From the NCBI GenBank assembly GCA_965207885.1, contig OZ242311.1:384001-448000 (forward strand): 64,000 nucleotides of DNA, in the 5' to 3' direction. Positions 36,016 to 45,817 of this stretch are shown one piece after another. The notes under the pieces were generated by a model. That model was not told the DNA's origin and made no database searches. It worked only from the letters and a program-made list of their open reading frames with translations. The DNA comes from Candidatus Latescibacterota bacterium (lineage in GTDB: Bacteria > Latescibacterota > UBA2968). Positions within the stretch are counted from its first letter, which is position 1, and each line of letters starts with the position of its first letter. The position numbers and the translations under genes are program-made.

Positions 36016-36825
36016 ATGAGTATGGATCTCGAACTCGGTATTGCCGGATGGGTGCTCAGTGGTGAAATTTTGCGGGAGGAGTCGCTGACTTTGCTGGAGT
36101 TTCCCGAAGTGTGTGCCGCGCATGGCATGGGGACGGTGGAGTTGTGTTCGCGGTTTTTTGCGTCTCAGGATGCGAGGTATTTGAATGAGCTTCGGAATCG
36201 GTTGGCGGACAATGGACTTTCGGTGCGCAATATTGCGGTGGATATGGGCAATATTGCAGGTGCTGATGAGGCTGTGCGGCGCACGGATCTGGAGGCGTTG
36301 AAGCAGTGGTTTTACACGGCGTCGGCTGTGGGTTCCGAGGCGATACGGATTAATACGGGGCACGCGGATGACAATGGGGCGATGAGCCGGGTGATTGCGG
36401 GGTATCGAGAGTTGGTGGCTGTGGGCGAGCAGGCGGGTGTGAAGCTGCTGGTGGAGAATCACGGGGGTGTGTCGTCTTCGTCTGAGAATTTGCAGCGGAT
36501 TCTGGATGGGGTGGATTCCGATTGGTTTGGCACCTGTCCAGATACGGCAAATTTTCCCGATGGCGATTGGGAGGCGGGGATGCGCGTGCTGGCACCGCGT
36601 GCATTTTCATGCCATGTGAAGGTGTTTAATTACAGCGATGACGGGGTGCAGGCGTGGGAGCGAGATGGCAAAGCTATGGGGTATGATTTGAAGACGTGTT
36701 TGGAAATTCTGAATGCGGCAGATTATGCCGGTCCGCTGTGTGTGGAGAAGGGCGCGTCGGATACGACAGAGGCGAGTATCCGCGATACGCTGAGTTATTT
36801 GAAGGATTTGCAGGCGACGGTCTAA
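36016..36825 (+). CDS. Sugar phosphate isomerase/epimerase (xylose isomerase-like TIM barrel)
   Basis: LLVENHGG, CPDTANF, HVK, LCVE metal ligands. Confidence 0.85.
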   Translation: MSMDLELGIAGWVLSGEILREESLTLLEFPEVCAAHGMGTVELCSRFFASQDARYLNELRNRLADNGLSVRNIAVDMGNIAGADEAVRRTDLEALKQWFYTASAVGSEAIRINTGHADDNGAMSRVIAGYRELVAVGEQAGVKLLVENHGGVSSSSENLQRILDGVDSDWFGTCPDTANFPDGDWEAGMRVLAPRAFSCHVKVFNYSDDGVQAWERDGKAMGYDLKTCLEILNAADYAGPLCVEKGASDTTEASIRDTLSYLKDLQATV

Positions 36826-36861
36826 GAGCAGTTTTACAACTTGATCAATCGGGAGAACACC

Positions 36862-39228
36862 ATGAAAATTGGATTGCGGTTCTGGATGGTTGTCTGCTGT
36901 GCCTCTTGCATTGCGTTGCCTCTTCTTGCAGAAGAAGATGAAGTACCTCAACAAGACAAGATCGTCCGAAATACGCTGTTTGCCCTGGGTCAACGCCAGA
37001 TTCAAGCGGGTGAAATCAACGAGGCCATGGCCACTCTCCAACGCATTTTGAAACTCTTTCCCGAAGACGCCCATGTGTATTCTCAACTGGGTTATATCTA
37101 TCTCAAACGGAAAGAATACAAAGAAGCTGAAGGCGCCTTCAAAACAGCCAAAAAATTCGACAAAAGCCTCGTCGAAGCCTATGTCGGGCTTGGTCTTACG
37201 TATGCCGAAACACCCACGCGGGGTCTGCAATCTTATTACAATTTCCGTAGAGCCATCCGCGAAGCCAAGCGCGCCACCAAACTCGACCCCAACTACGGTC
37301 CGGCCTATCGCTTGCTCGGCGAAGTCTATGAGCGATTTGAAGAAGATCACACCAGGGCTATGCAGTATTATCAGAAATACGTCGAACTCGAACCCGATAA
37401 TCCCGAGGGCCTTTATTCTTACGGTTTAGCCTGTGTACAGGCCAAAGAGTTTGACACCATTCTCGAACATATTGCCCCCTACCTCTCGGCAAATCCCGAC
37501 ATCGTTCAACTCTTGCCCATTGTTGCACAGGGTCATTTTTACAACGACGAGGCGCAAAAAGCTCTCGAACTCTTCGAGCGCTATCTCGCCAACATCAAAA
37601 GCAGTGAACGCGCATACTACACCGATATTGCCTACATTGCCTCAGATACAGAACTCCAGGAATACCGCGCCGCCATACCGGGACCCGAACAACAGGCATA
37701 TCGCGAGCAATTCTGGGCACGGCGCGACCCAGACATCCTCACCAAACTCAACGAGCGCGTCATCGAACACTACCGCCGCACCTGGTATGCGCGCACCTAT
37801 TTTTCGTCCAATGTCTATCCCTGGGATGAACGGGGTGCTGTTTATATTCGATATGGCGAACCCGACTACCGCTCGCGCTCCAATGATCGCAACTTTGTCC
37901 AGACCGCCGAAGTGGAGCGCGTGCGCACACAGATGGCCGTTGACATCTACGGTCCTGAAGCGGCCACCTACACCTTCACAGGTCCCGTCTTTCCCATTCG
38001 CACCAGCCTCGACATAAGTTTCGATCTCGTTGAGGGCAATCCATTTGAACGCAATCCACTTGAACGCGATGGCACCATCGAAAGCGTCCTCAATGAGCAG
38101 GGAAAACTCAATACCCGCTTGAAATTTGGCCGCTTTTCGCCTGTTACTATTGACAGTGAAATTGATACCGTGCCCTGGGAAACCTGGACCTATATTCAGC
38201 TCAATGGGGGCATAGAGATTACCTTTACCGACGAAATGGGCAATGGACGCTATGACTTTGCCCCACTGCCCGACGCCACAGGCATTGCAGATCCCGAAGC
38301 CATTGCTTATCTCGCCCGCATGACCGAACACATGCCCGCAGTCATCTACCAGCAAGCCGTATCGACTTCGCCCGACTTTTATCGCCCTGGACTTCCCGGC
38401 GATATACTCAATTTCTACTACGATCTGGCGCACTTCCGCGGACCCGACGGACAAACCAATCTCGAGATTTACTACGGCATCCCGCCCGAGCAGGTCGAAA
38501 TAGAGCAAGAAGCCGATTCGAGTTTCATACATGTGCAATTAGCCGTTGCGCTGGCAAATGAAGGTCACACATCCATCTATCGCACAACCGATGAGTTCGC
38601 GTATCGCGGCGCACAGGTACCCAACACAATTGAACAGGGGTCTTTTGTGCCTGAAATCATCAAAACACAGGTACCGCCCGGCAAATACGAACTTCAAGTA
38701 CAAATGAAAGACCTCATCTCTGGACGCACCGGTCTCTACCGGCAAGAACTCGAAGTCAGAGACTATCAGATCCCAGAACTCCAGGTCAGCGAAATTCAAC
38801 TGGCCTCGAACATTGCAGAAGAAGGCGCAACAAAATTCCTAAAAGAAGACGTGTGGATCATTCCCATACCCACGCGCAGTTATGCCGCAACGCAAAATGT
38901 CTATGCCTACTTTGAAATCTACAACCTGACCAAAGATACCTTTGGACAAACCCGTTACAAAACCGAATACCGCATTCGCTCCAGTGCCATGCCCGCCGTT
39001 GGCGTATTTGGCGCAGTGGCCACGGGGTTGCGCACCATCTTTAGAGCCAGCAAACCCCAGGTGGCCATCACCAACGAACTCACGGGACGCGACGCCGACG
39101 AGCGCGAATACGTCGAAATCGTGCTCAACAAAGTCAGACCCGGGGTCAACGCACTCGAGGTCATCGTAACCGATCTAATCAGTGGCAAGAGCATTGAACG
39201 CGAAGTGCGCTTCCGGTATGGAAATTAA
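36862..39228 (+). CDS. Exported TPR + GWxTD-domain protein
   Basis: Signal peptide, TPR repeats, FWARRDP....NERVIEHYRR...WDERGAVYIRYGEPD, ETWTY..F.DEMGNG.Y. Confidence 0.85.
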   Translation: MKIGLRFWMVVCCASCIALPLLAEEDEVPQQDKIVRNTLFALGQRQIQAGEINEAMATLQRILKLFPEDAHVYSQLGYIYLKRKEYKEAEGAFKTAKKFDKSLVEAYVGLGLTYAETPTRGLQSYYNFRRAIREAKRATKLDPNYGPAYRLLGEVYERFEEDHTRAMQYYQKYVELEPDNPEGLYSYGLACVQAKEFDTILEHIAPYLSANPDIVQLLPIVAQGHFYNDEAQKALELFERYLANIKSSERAYYTDIAYIASDTELQEYRAAIPGPEQQAYREQFWARRDPDILTKLNERVIEHYRRTWYARTYFSSNVYPWDERGAVYIRYGEPDYRSRSNDRNFVQTAEVERVRTQMAVDIYGPEAATYTFTGPVFPIRTSLDISFDLVEGNPFERNPLERDGTIESVLNEQGKLNTRLKFGRFSPVTIDSEIDTVPWETWTYIQLNGGIEITFTDEMGNGRYDFAPLPDATGIADPEAIAYLARMTEHMPAVIYQQAVSTSPDFYRPGLPGDILNFYYDLAHFRGPDGQTNLEIYYGIPPEQVEIEQEADSSFIHVQLAVALANEGHTSIYRTTDEFAYRGAQVPNTIEQGSFVPEIIKTQVPPGKYELQVQMKDLISGRTGLYRQELEVRDYQIPELQVSEIQLASNIAEEGATKFLKEDVWIIPIPTRSYAATQNVYAYFEIYNLTKDTFGQTRYKTEYRIRSSAMPAVGVFGAVATGLRTIFRASKPQVAITNELTGRDADEREYVEIVLNKVRPGVNALEVIVTDLISGKSIEREVRFRYGN

Positions 39229-39297
39229 ATGGTTGAAAAAATAACTCTAACATCGGCGTATTGATATAGTATTGGTTGATTTTCCGCCTGTCCAGAT

Positions 39298-39372
39298 ACG
39301 ATTAAGCGCGTCCATTGAGAGATGGGCGCGTTTTGTTTTACAGACGTTAACAAAGGCTTACAATTTCGTACA
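39298..39372 (+). repeat. Duplicated terminator + regulatory block, copy 1 (copy 2 at 42293-42368)
   Basis: acgat(t/a)aagcgcgtccattgaga(g/a)atgggcgcgttttgttttacagac(g/t)ttaaca...cttacaattt(t)cgtaca. Confidence 0.9.
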
Positions 39373-39540
39373 AAAAATGAGGAACAAGAGAATCAATAAG
39401 TGAGTTTAATAAATATTATAAAGAGTGGGTTCTTTCAACATTGTCCTTGGGGGGGAAAGGAGGACTCTGAAGAAGGGTGAAAATTCCGCGGACTTGTAGG
39501 TGCGCGGAGGCACGCCGGGGCAAATAGGAGGAATCACACG

Positions 39541-42273
39541 ATGCGCAAATTTTTATTGTTTTGTCTAATTCTCATTGGTGTGTTGGGTGTGTCGGAGTTG
39601 TATATGGCGATTGATGCCGACGCGCAGCAGCGCACGCGCCGTCGCACGACCAATCGCGCAAAGCTCTGGGTGTCGTTGCGCAATAATGGCACACTGGGGC
39701 ACTCGCTGGATGGCGGCAGTATCTTTGGTGCAGAAGTGGGCATGTCGTATCCTGGACGGTGGACCTCGACCTATGCGTCGGGCATTGTGGGCCGCGTGAA
39801 CCGACAGGACAATTCGCGGGGCAATGGCGTGTGGGTGATGGCGCGCACAAATGACGGACGCAAGTTTGTATCTCAGGGAGGTCCCCGCCAGCCATCCGCA
39901 GATATTTTCCCGATCCAGCACAATCCGCGCAATAATGTCGAAAGCATTGCTTCGATCTGGCGGTCTGTGTGGCGTGCTGGCACTCGTCCGTTTAATCTGT
40001 TCAATTACGGACAGAATGCAGCACTCTACTGGCCCCGCATGAATAATATGAAAATCACGCACAATTTTGTGAATGGCGAGCCTGTGGAATACCAGTATAG
40101 TAACGGTATCTACGGCGGTCTGGGACAGGCCGCTTTTCCGCCGGGGCCTGAAAAAGTGGAGCCAATGGATTATTACAACTGGGGATATGGGTTTTATCCA
40201 TTGAACAACGAGTCATTCAAGCAGATGTTGGAGTCTTCTTATAGAACGGTTCGCGCCGGGTTGAATCAGATGCGGTCAAATGGCGTCGCGACCAATCACC
40301 CTCGTTTGTCGCCCGAGTTGTTTAGTGAGAATCTGCTGGTGACGGGCTGGACACAGGCTTCGGGCATTACGGTGAAGCGGATGGTGCATGCGTATTCCAC
40401 GCCGGGTACGGATAATGACGCGATGATCCCCGTGCCAACTCCCAATGGCAAGCAGTCTTCGATTATGACCCGGGGTGATTACGATGACTTTTTGCTCACT
40501 GAGATCGAGTTCTGGAATAATGGCGATATAGATGGCGATGGCAGTGCTGATCCCGGATATCCCAAACAACTCGACGAGGTCTATATTGTGGTTAAGAATG
40601 GGTTCATCGCCAGCAAGACCGGTGCCGAGTGGGTGCCTGCTGGTGGATCGAACTCGAATGCGTGGAATTTGGTTCAGCCCTCAACGCAAGACGATTACTG
40701 GCGCTATACACAGGCGGAGAATTACGATTATCCGGAATATGCCTACAATTACAAGGGCGCGCCCATGCATCTGACTTATGTGTATGACGGCGATGCCGTT
40801 GCCCGTTTGTGGAATGACTACGGAGAGCCTTATGCCCGGTCTCGTGCCCAGCATCAGTACGTGTCAACATCCAATTTTAAGGATGGCACATTGCTCTCTC
40901 CGCAGTATATCGGGATGATGCCGATTGCAACGGGCACATCTGATCATCCCTTCAATGCACTGGATAGAAAAGGTGGCTATGTGAAGCCGCAAGGACCACA
41001 GCCCCGCACCGTGTTCAGATGGCGGATGTATTCTTCGGCATTAGGCGATGATCCCCATGGCGGTACGCACGGCGAGAATCAATTGTTTGACATCTACAGC
41101 GATGCTGCCGGTGTGCTTGGAGATCATGAGACCGATCGGATGGTGCAGCACCACGACAATGAGGAATTGGGTGCGTGGATCGATGCACAGGTTTACGGTC
41201 CTTATACTCTGGGTCCTGGCGACAAGGCCAAAGTGGTGATCGCGTATGTGGCGGGTATGGCGTCTAACGCTGCCAAATATCGCATGGATACCGCAAATTA
41301 TGCGCGTCCCTACGAGTGGAACTGGCAGCAGCAGAGCCTGGTTGACGAATTGGAACTGGGTCTCGAAGCGATCTATGCACACGGCAATGAAGCGCAAAAG
41401 CTGTATGATCTGGGCTTTGACGGGCTTAACCAGCCGCCGGATGTGAAGGTCAATGGGGTGACGAACCTGAAAGGTAATATCGAACTGGACTGGTCGGGCA
41501 TTGCCGATACGGCGATTGATCCAGATCTGGGTCGTCCCGATGTGATAGGTTATCGGATCTATCGCTCTGATTTTATGCGGGTTGGTCCGTGGAAATTGCT
41601 GGCGACGATTCCCAAGGCTGTGGGACCCGAAGGCGAACGCCAGTTGCCCTCAGATGCGCCCATAGGTGCTGGTTTTATCAATCAGCCCTGGGTGGAAGGC
41701 CAGGAGGAGCCCGCCGAAGCCGAGGTTGATGGTCCTTTTCGCTGGGGTACCTATACGTTTACTGATCCAGAGCCCAGCCAGGGGTTTATTTACCACTATT
41801 CGGTACGGGCGTTTGATGAGCAGGGTCTGGAAACCGGGCACTCGGATGAGCGCAATCAGTATCTGAATCCCCCCGGGGGCCTTGTGCCGCGTTTGACTTC
41901 TGCCGTGCTCAACCATGAAAATGAGACCATGTCGCTGCTGATCAGGGTGGTGCCCAATCCCTGGGTACAGGGCATGGATGAGCACAGCTATGGGGCACCT
42001 CGCATCCGGTGGATCAATGTGCCGAGCAGGTGTACGCTGTACATTTACACGCTGACGGGCGATCTGGCATGGCGTGATACCTTTGATACACTCGATCCAC
42101 AGCGGGGGCAACCTGTGGCGCAGGGCGAGATCGAGTGGGATACGCATACGGTGGGTTTGAATGCCAATACGCGCGGTCGTCTCAATGCCGGTACGTATAT
42201 CTGGGTGATTGAATCGCACCATCCCGAGAGTTTGGGTCAGACCCAGAAGGGTCTGTTTGTGATTGTCAATTGA
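39541..42273 (+). CDS. Large secreted protein with FN3-like region and C-terminal T9SS-CTD/FlgD-Ig-like domain
   Basis: N-terminal signal/TM; DIDGDG Ca-binding-like motif; IELDW..GYRIYRS..YHYSVRAFD; IRVVPNPW...IRWINVP..CTLYIYTLTGDL...WD...YIWVIE. Confidence 0.75.
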   Translation: MRKFLLFCLILIGVLGVSELYMAIDADAQQRTRRRTTNRAKLWVSLRNNGTLGHSLDGGSIFGAEVGMSYPGRWTSTYASGIVGRVNRQDNSRGNGVWVMARTNDGRKFVSQGGPRQPSADIFPIQHNPRNNVESIASIWRSVWRAGTRPFNLFNYGQNAALYWPRMNNMKITHNFVNGEPVEYQYSNGIYGGLGQAAFPPGPEKVEPMDYYNWGYGFYPLNNESFKQMLESSYRTVRAGLNQMRSNGVATNHPRLSPELFSENLLVTGWTQASGITVKRMVHAYSTPGTDNDAMIPVPTPNGKQSSIMTRGDYDDFLLTEIEFWNNGDIDGDGSADPGYPKQLDEVYIVVKNGFIASKTGAEWVPAGGSNSNAWNLVQPSTQDDYWRYTQAENYDYPEYAYNYKGAPMHLTYVYDGDAVARLWNDYGEPYARSRAQHQYVSTSNFKDGTLLSPQYIGMMPIATGTSDHPFNALDRKGGYVKPQGPQPRTVFRWRMYSSALGDDPHGGTHGENQLFDIYSDAAGVLGDHETDRMVQHHDNEELGAWIDAQVYGPYTLGPGDKAKVVIAYVAGMASNAAKYRMDTANYARPYEWNWQQQSLVDELELGLEAIYAHGNEAQKLYDLGFDGLNQPPDVKVNGVTNLKGNIELDWSGIADTAIDPDLGRPDVIGYRIYRSDFMRVGPWKLLATIPKAVGPEGERQLPSDAPIGAGFINQPWVEGQEEPAEAEVDGPFRWGTYTFTDPEPSQGFIYHYSVRAFDEQGLETGHSDERNQYLNPPGGLVPRLTSAVLNHENETMSLLIRVVPNPWVQGMDEHSYGAPRIRWINVPSRCTLYIYTLTGDLAWRDTFDTLDPQRGQPVAQGEIEWDTHTVGLNANTRGRLNAGTYIWVIESHHPESLGQTQKGLFVIVN

Positions 42274-42292
42274 TCACTTATTTACAACTTGA

Positions 42293-42368
42293 ACGATAAA
42301 GCGCGTCCATTGAGAAATGGGCGCGTTTTGTTTTACAGACTTTAACAGAGTCTTACAATTTTCGTACA
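42293..42368 (+). repeat. Duplicated terminator + regulatory block, copy 2
   Basis: Near-identical to 39298-39372; the hairpin GCGCGTCCAT-TGAGAA-ATGGGCGCG+TTTT follows the stop of the 910-aa gene. Confidence 0.9.
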
Positions 42369-42460
42369 GAACATGGGGAACGGGAAAGTCAATGTGTGAA
42401 TCTAATAAATGTCAGAAGGGAGGTTTTTTAAACTGTCTTTGGGAGGGAGAAGGAGAGACC

Positions 42461-44914
42461 ATGAAGAGGGTTATGCAGTTGTTTTTGTGCGTTGTATGTG
42501 TTGCCATCAGTACACAGGCGTATGGTCAGGGTGCGGTGCGGGGTACGGTGCGCGATGCTTCCAATGGCGAGACTCTGCCGAATGCCAATGTTGTGATTGA
42601 CAGTTTGCGCATTGGTGTGGCGACAGATAAGGCCGGTTATTTTGTGATTGGGAATCTGTCGCCGGGTTCGCACAGGGTTTCGGCGAGTTATATCGGCTAT
42701 GCGAGCCGGTCTGTTCAGGTCGTGGTTATACAGGGCGAGACGGCGCGGATTGTGATTGAGTTGGAGCCTGCGGAATTGATGGGGGAGGAGATTGAGGCCA
42801 TAGGCGAGCGCGTGGCGCCGACTGAGGTGACGCCGGTGAGTGCGTTTGGCACGCGGGTGACGGAATTGGCGCGCATTCCAACGGTGGGGCAGCCCGATTT
42901 GATGCGCGGGATTCAATTGCTTCCGGGCGTGCAGGCCGCGAGTGAAAATTCCGCGGGTTTGTATGTGCGCGGGGGCACGCCGGGGCAAAATCTGATTCTG
43001 CTTGATGATGTGGTGGTCTATAATCCGAATCATTTGTTTGGTTTTTTTAGCACGTTTAATCCCGATGCGTTGAAGGACGTCACACTGATTAAGGGGACGT
43101 TTCCCGCGCGGTATGGCGACCGCCTGTCGAGTGTGCTGGATATTACAAATTTGGATGGCAACAGGAAGTCTTTTGATGCGCGGGCGTCCATGGATTTGAT
43201 CAGTGCGGGATTGACGGTTGGCGGACCAGTGGGCGATCGCGGTTCGTGGATGTTTTCGGGGCGGCGCACGTATCAAGAGGTTTTAAATTCTCCTCTTTTT
43301 GATCATATCGTGGATGAGATGTTCAGTACGCGCATTGGCACCATTGGCACGGCTCCGGTTACTGGCGGTGGGCCGGGGGGATTGAGGGGCGGTGGCTTTG
43401 GGGGACGACAAGGTGGGGGACGGTTTGGGCAGGCGCGGTTCAATTTTCAGCAGCAGACGAGCGATTTTGGGCAGGATTACGGGTTCTACGATACGAATTT
43501 CAAGCTCAATCTGGATGTGTCTGACAATGATCGGGTTTCGGTGAGTGGATATATGGGCAATGATGCGCTGAATCTGTCGCTGCCGTCTTTTCGGGAGCAA
43601 ACCCGCGATCAGCTCATGGATTGGGGCAATCGGATTGCGCGGTTTAAGTGGTTGCATATTTATACGGATAATTTGATTGGCAATGTGCAGGTTTCGGCGA
43701 GTCGATATCTGTCCAATTTTGATGTTGCGACCAATCAAAACGAGTCTGCCAATAGTGGGCAAACCGGGCAAGGTGGAGGTGGGCGGCGCGGTTTTGCATT
43801 GAATCGCAATAATGAGTTGAACGATTTGACGGCCAAGTTGACGTTTGATCTTTATTCGGGGCCTTTTCACACGACGCGCGTGGGTGCCCAGTTTACATCG
43901 TATGACGCTTTTTACAAGCAGGGCGTGGGAGATTCGACCCGGTCACAGATTAATACGTCGTCTTTTTATCAGACGGGTTTTCTCGAGCATACGATGCGTT
44001 GGGGACGTCTGGAGTTGACGCCTGGGCTGCGCGTGAGTCATTTCCAGAGTGGCAATTATACCCGATGGTCTCCGCGCGTGGCGGGGTTGTTTCAATTGGA
44101 TGACAGGATCGCGTTTAAGGGCGGTTGGGGCATTTATCACCAGTTTGTCAATTTGATTTCGATTGAGGCCAATACTTATACGACCGATATGTGGCTGCCG
44201 GTGGATGAGACTTTGACGCCTGGGAAAGCTGTTCACAATGCGTTTGGTCTTATGTTGACGCCGGGTGAAAGCTGGCAGGTGGATCTGGAGTTTTATCACA
44301 AGGAGATGGACGATCTGGTTGAGTTTCAGTCCCAGGTTCGTCTGAGCGATTCGACGCCGCTGTCTGATTTGTTCGCCACTGGTTCGGGAAGATCTTATGG
44401 TGGGGAGTTTTTGCTTCGGAAGACTGAGGGGCGTTTGAAGGGTTGGGTTGGCTATACGTTGAGTAAGACCGAGCATACTTTTGCCGCTTTGAACCAGGGC
44501 AATCCGTTTCCGCCAAAGTACGACCGGCGACACGATGTTTCTGTTGTGACGGATTATTATCTGGGCAGAGGCTGGAATTTGAATGCCAATTGGGTTTATG
44601 GCACGGGGCAGGCATATACGCTTCCGGAGGCGCGCTATGAGGTGCAGCAGCCAACGGGACAGTCCATTCCCTATGTCCATGTGTCGGAGAAGAATGCCTA
44701 TCGGTTGCCGGCCTATCACCGCATGGATCTGGGTATTACGCGCGATTTCAGGTGGGGTGGCGTTGGGGGGCAGATAGTGTTCAGTGTGTTCAATGTCTAT
44801 AACCGACGCAATGTGTGGTATCGCTCGTTTGATGCGACTGAGCCAGAGATTCAGGTGCAGGATGTGCTTCTTCAGCCGATTTTGCCGAGTGTTGGTTTTC
44901 GTTTTAATATGTGA
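42461..44914 (+). CDS. TonB-dependent receptor with N-terminal carboxypeptidase-regulatory-like domain
   Basis: GTVRDA..GETLP.ANV, plug LLPGV..GLYVRGG..QNL.LLD..VYNP.HLFG.FS.FN, YDRRH, RLPAYHRMD, NVYNRRN, C-terminal aromatic strand. Confidence 0.92.
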   Translation: MKRVMQLFLCVVCVAISTQAYGQGAVRGTVRDASNGETLPNANVVIDSLRIGVATDKAGYFVIGNLSPGSHRVSASYIGYASRSVQVVVIQGETARIVIELEPAELMGEEIEAIGERVAPTEVTPVSAFGTRVTELARIPTVGQPDLMRGIQLLPGVQAASENSAGLYVRGGTPGQNLILLDDVVVYNPNHLFGFFSTFNPDALKDVTLIKGTFPARYGDRLSSVLDITNLDGNRKSFDARASMDLISAGLTVGGPVGDRGSWMFSGRRTYQEVLNSPLFDHIVDEMFSTRIGTIGTAPVTGGGPGGLRGGGFGGRQGGGRFGQARFNFQQQTSDFGQDYGFYDTNFKLNLDVSDNDRVSVSGYMGNDALNLSLPSFREQTRDQLMDWGNRIARFKWLHIYTDNLIGNVQVSASRYLSNFDVATNQNESANSGQTGQGGGGRRGFALNRNNELNDLTAKLTFDLYSGPFHTTRVGAQFTSYDAFYKQGVGDSTRSQINTSSFYQTGFLEHTMRWGRLELTPGLRVSHFQSGNYTRWSPRVAGLFQLDDRIAFKGGWGIYHQFVNLISIEANTYTTDMWLPVDETLTPGKAVHNAFGLMLTPGESWQVDLEFYHKEMDDLVEFQSQVRLSDSTPLSDLFATGSGRSYGGEFLLRKTEGRLKGWVGYTLSKTEHTFAALNQGNPFPPKYDRRHDVSVVTDYYLGRGWNLNANWVYGTGQAYTLPEARYEVQQPTGQSIPYVHVSEKNAYRLPAYHRMDLGITRDFRWGGVGGQIVFSVFNVYNRRNVWYRSFDATEPEIQVQDVLLQPILPSVGFRFNM

Positions 44915-44928
44915 GAGAGGAACCTGGG

Positions 44929-45759
44929 ATGAGAAAAATACAATGGATATTTTGTTTTGTTCTCGGTCTTGGTGCAGGGGGTTGTAGCACGGCGCCGACT
45001 GAGTCGTTGGGGGAGTTTCGAGAGACGGTTTATGTCGAGGGTTATTTGCGGGCGGGGAGTCCTGTGTCCGATTTGTTTGTGGGTACGACGATGCCGCTTT
45101 CCAGTGTGTATGATCGCGATGCGAGTGCGCTGTCCGATGCGCTGGTGACGATTGAGGTGGATGGGGTGTCGTACGAGTTGTCACCTGTGGTGGATAAGCC
45201 GGGTTATTACGAGCAGCCGGATCTGATTGTTGAATCGGGTAAGACCTATTATTTGTCTGTTACGACGGGGTTGGGTACAGCGACGGCGCAGACGACGGTG
45301 CCGGTTGCGCCGCATGTTTCGGGTGCATCTTCGCTGTTGATTGGGAGTGATGCTTATCGGGTTACATGGGAGGGTGAGACAAAGGGTGGGTATGTTACGA
45401 CGCGCAAGTCTGTGGAACTGTTGGAGCAAATTCCGCTGGCGACTCAGTTTGGAAGATTTGGTGGGGGTTTTGGCGGCGGAGTAGATACTACGGGGTTGGG
45501 CGCATTGCGGGATAGTATTGCTCGGGCAGATCAATGGCGTTTTTTGCAGGGGCGCTCGCTGACCTTAAATTCAAGACAGTTTTCGTATTATGGTATATAC
45601 TCATTTCTGGTCTATGCGCTGGATGAGAATTACGGCGATTATTTGATTTCGAGCGCGCAAGATGAAGCGGCGTTGGATGAGCCGCAGTTTCATGTGAAGG
45701 GGGGTATTGGTTTGTTCGCTTCTATGGCCGCGGATTCTGTGGTTTTTCGAGTGGAGTGA
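44929..45759 (+). CDS. DUF4249-like lipoprotein, partner of the TonB-dependent receptor
   Basis: Lipobox-like AGGC, VYVEGYL, GKTYYLSV, C-terminal VKGGIGLFAS. Confidence 0.8.
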   Translation: MRKIQWIFCFVLGLGAGGCSTAPTESLGEFRETVYVEGYLRAGSPVSDLFVGTTMPLSSVYDRDASALSDALVTIEVDGVSYELSPVVDKPGYYEQPDLIVESGKTYYLSVTTGLGTATAQTTVPVAPHVSGASSLLIGSDAYRVTWEGETKGGYVTTRKSVELLEQIPLATQFGRFGGGFGGGVDTTGLGALRDSIARADQWRFLQGRSLTLNSRQFSYYGIYSFLVYALDENYGDYLISSAQDEAALDEPQFHVKGGIGLFASMAADSVVFRVE

Positions 45760-45776
45760 TCCAGCTTCCCTCATGC

Positions 45777-45807
45777 AAAAGCCGCTCGTTTGAGCGGCTT
45801 TTTTTTT
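45777..45807. terminator. Bidirectional intrinsic terminator
   Basis: AAAAGCCGCTC-GTTT-GAGCGGCTTTTTTTTT between convergent genes. Confidence 0.85.
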
Positions 45808-45817
45808 CTGATGGCGT

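Noticed and set aside
42317-42460. N-terminal extension of the TonB receptor ORF
   Set aside because: It runs through the duplicated terminator/regulatory block; ATG 42461 has an AGGAG RBS and is followed by a signal peptide.
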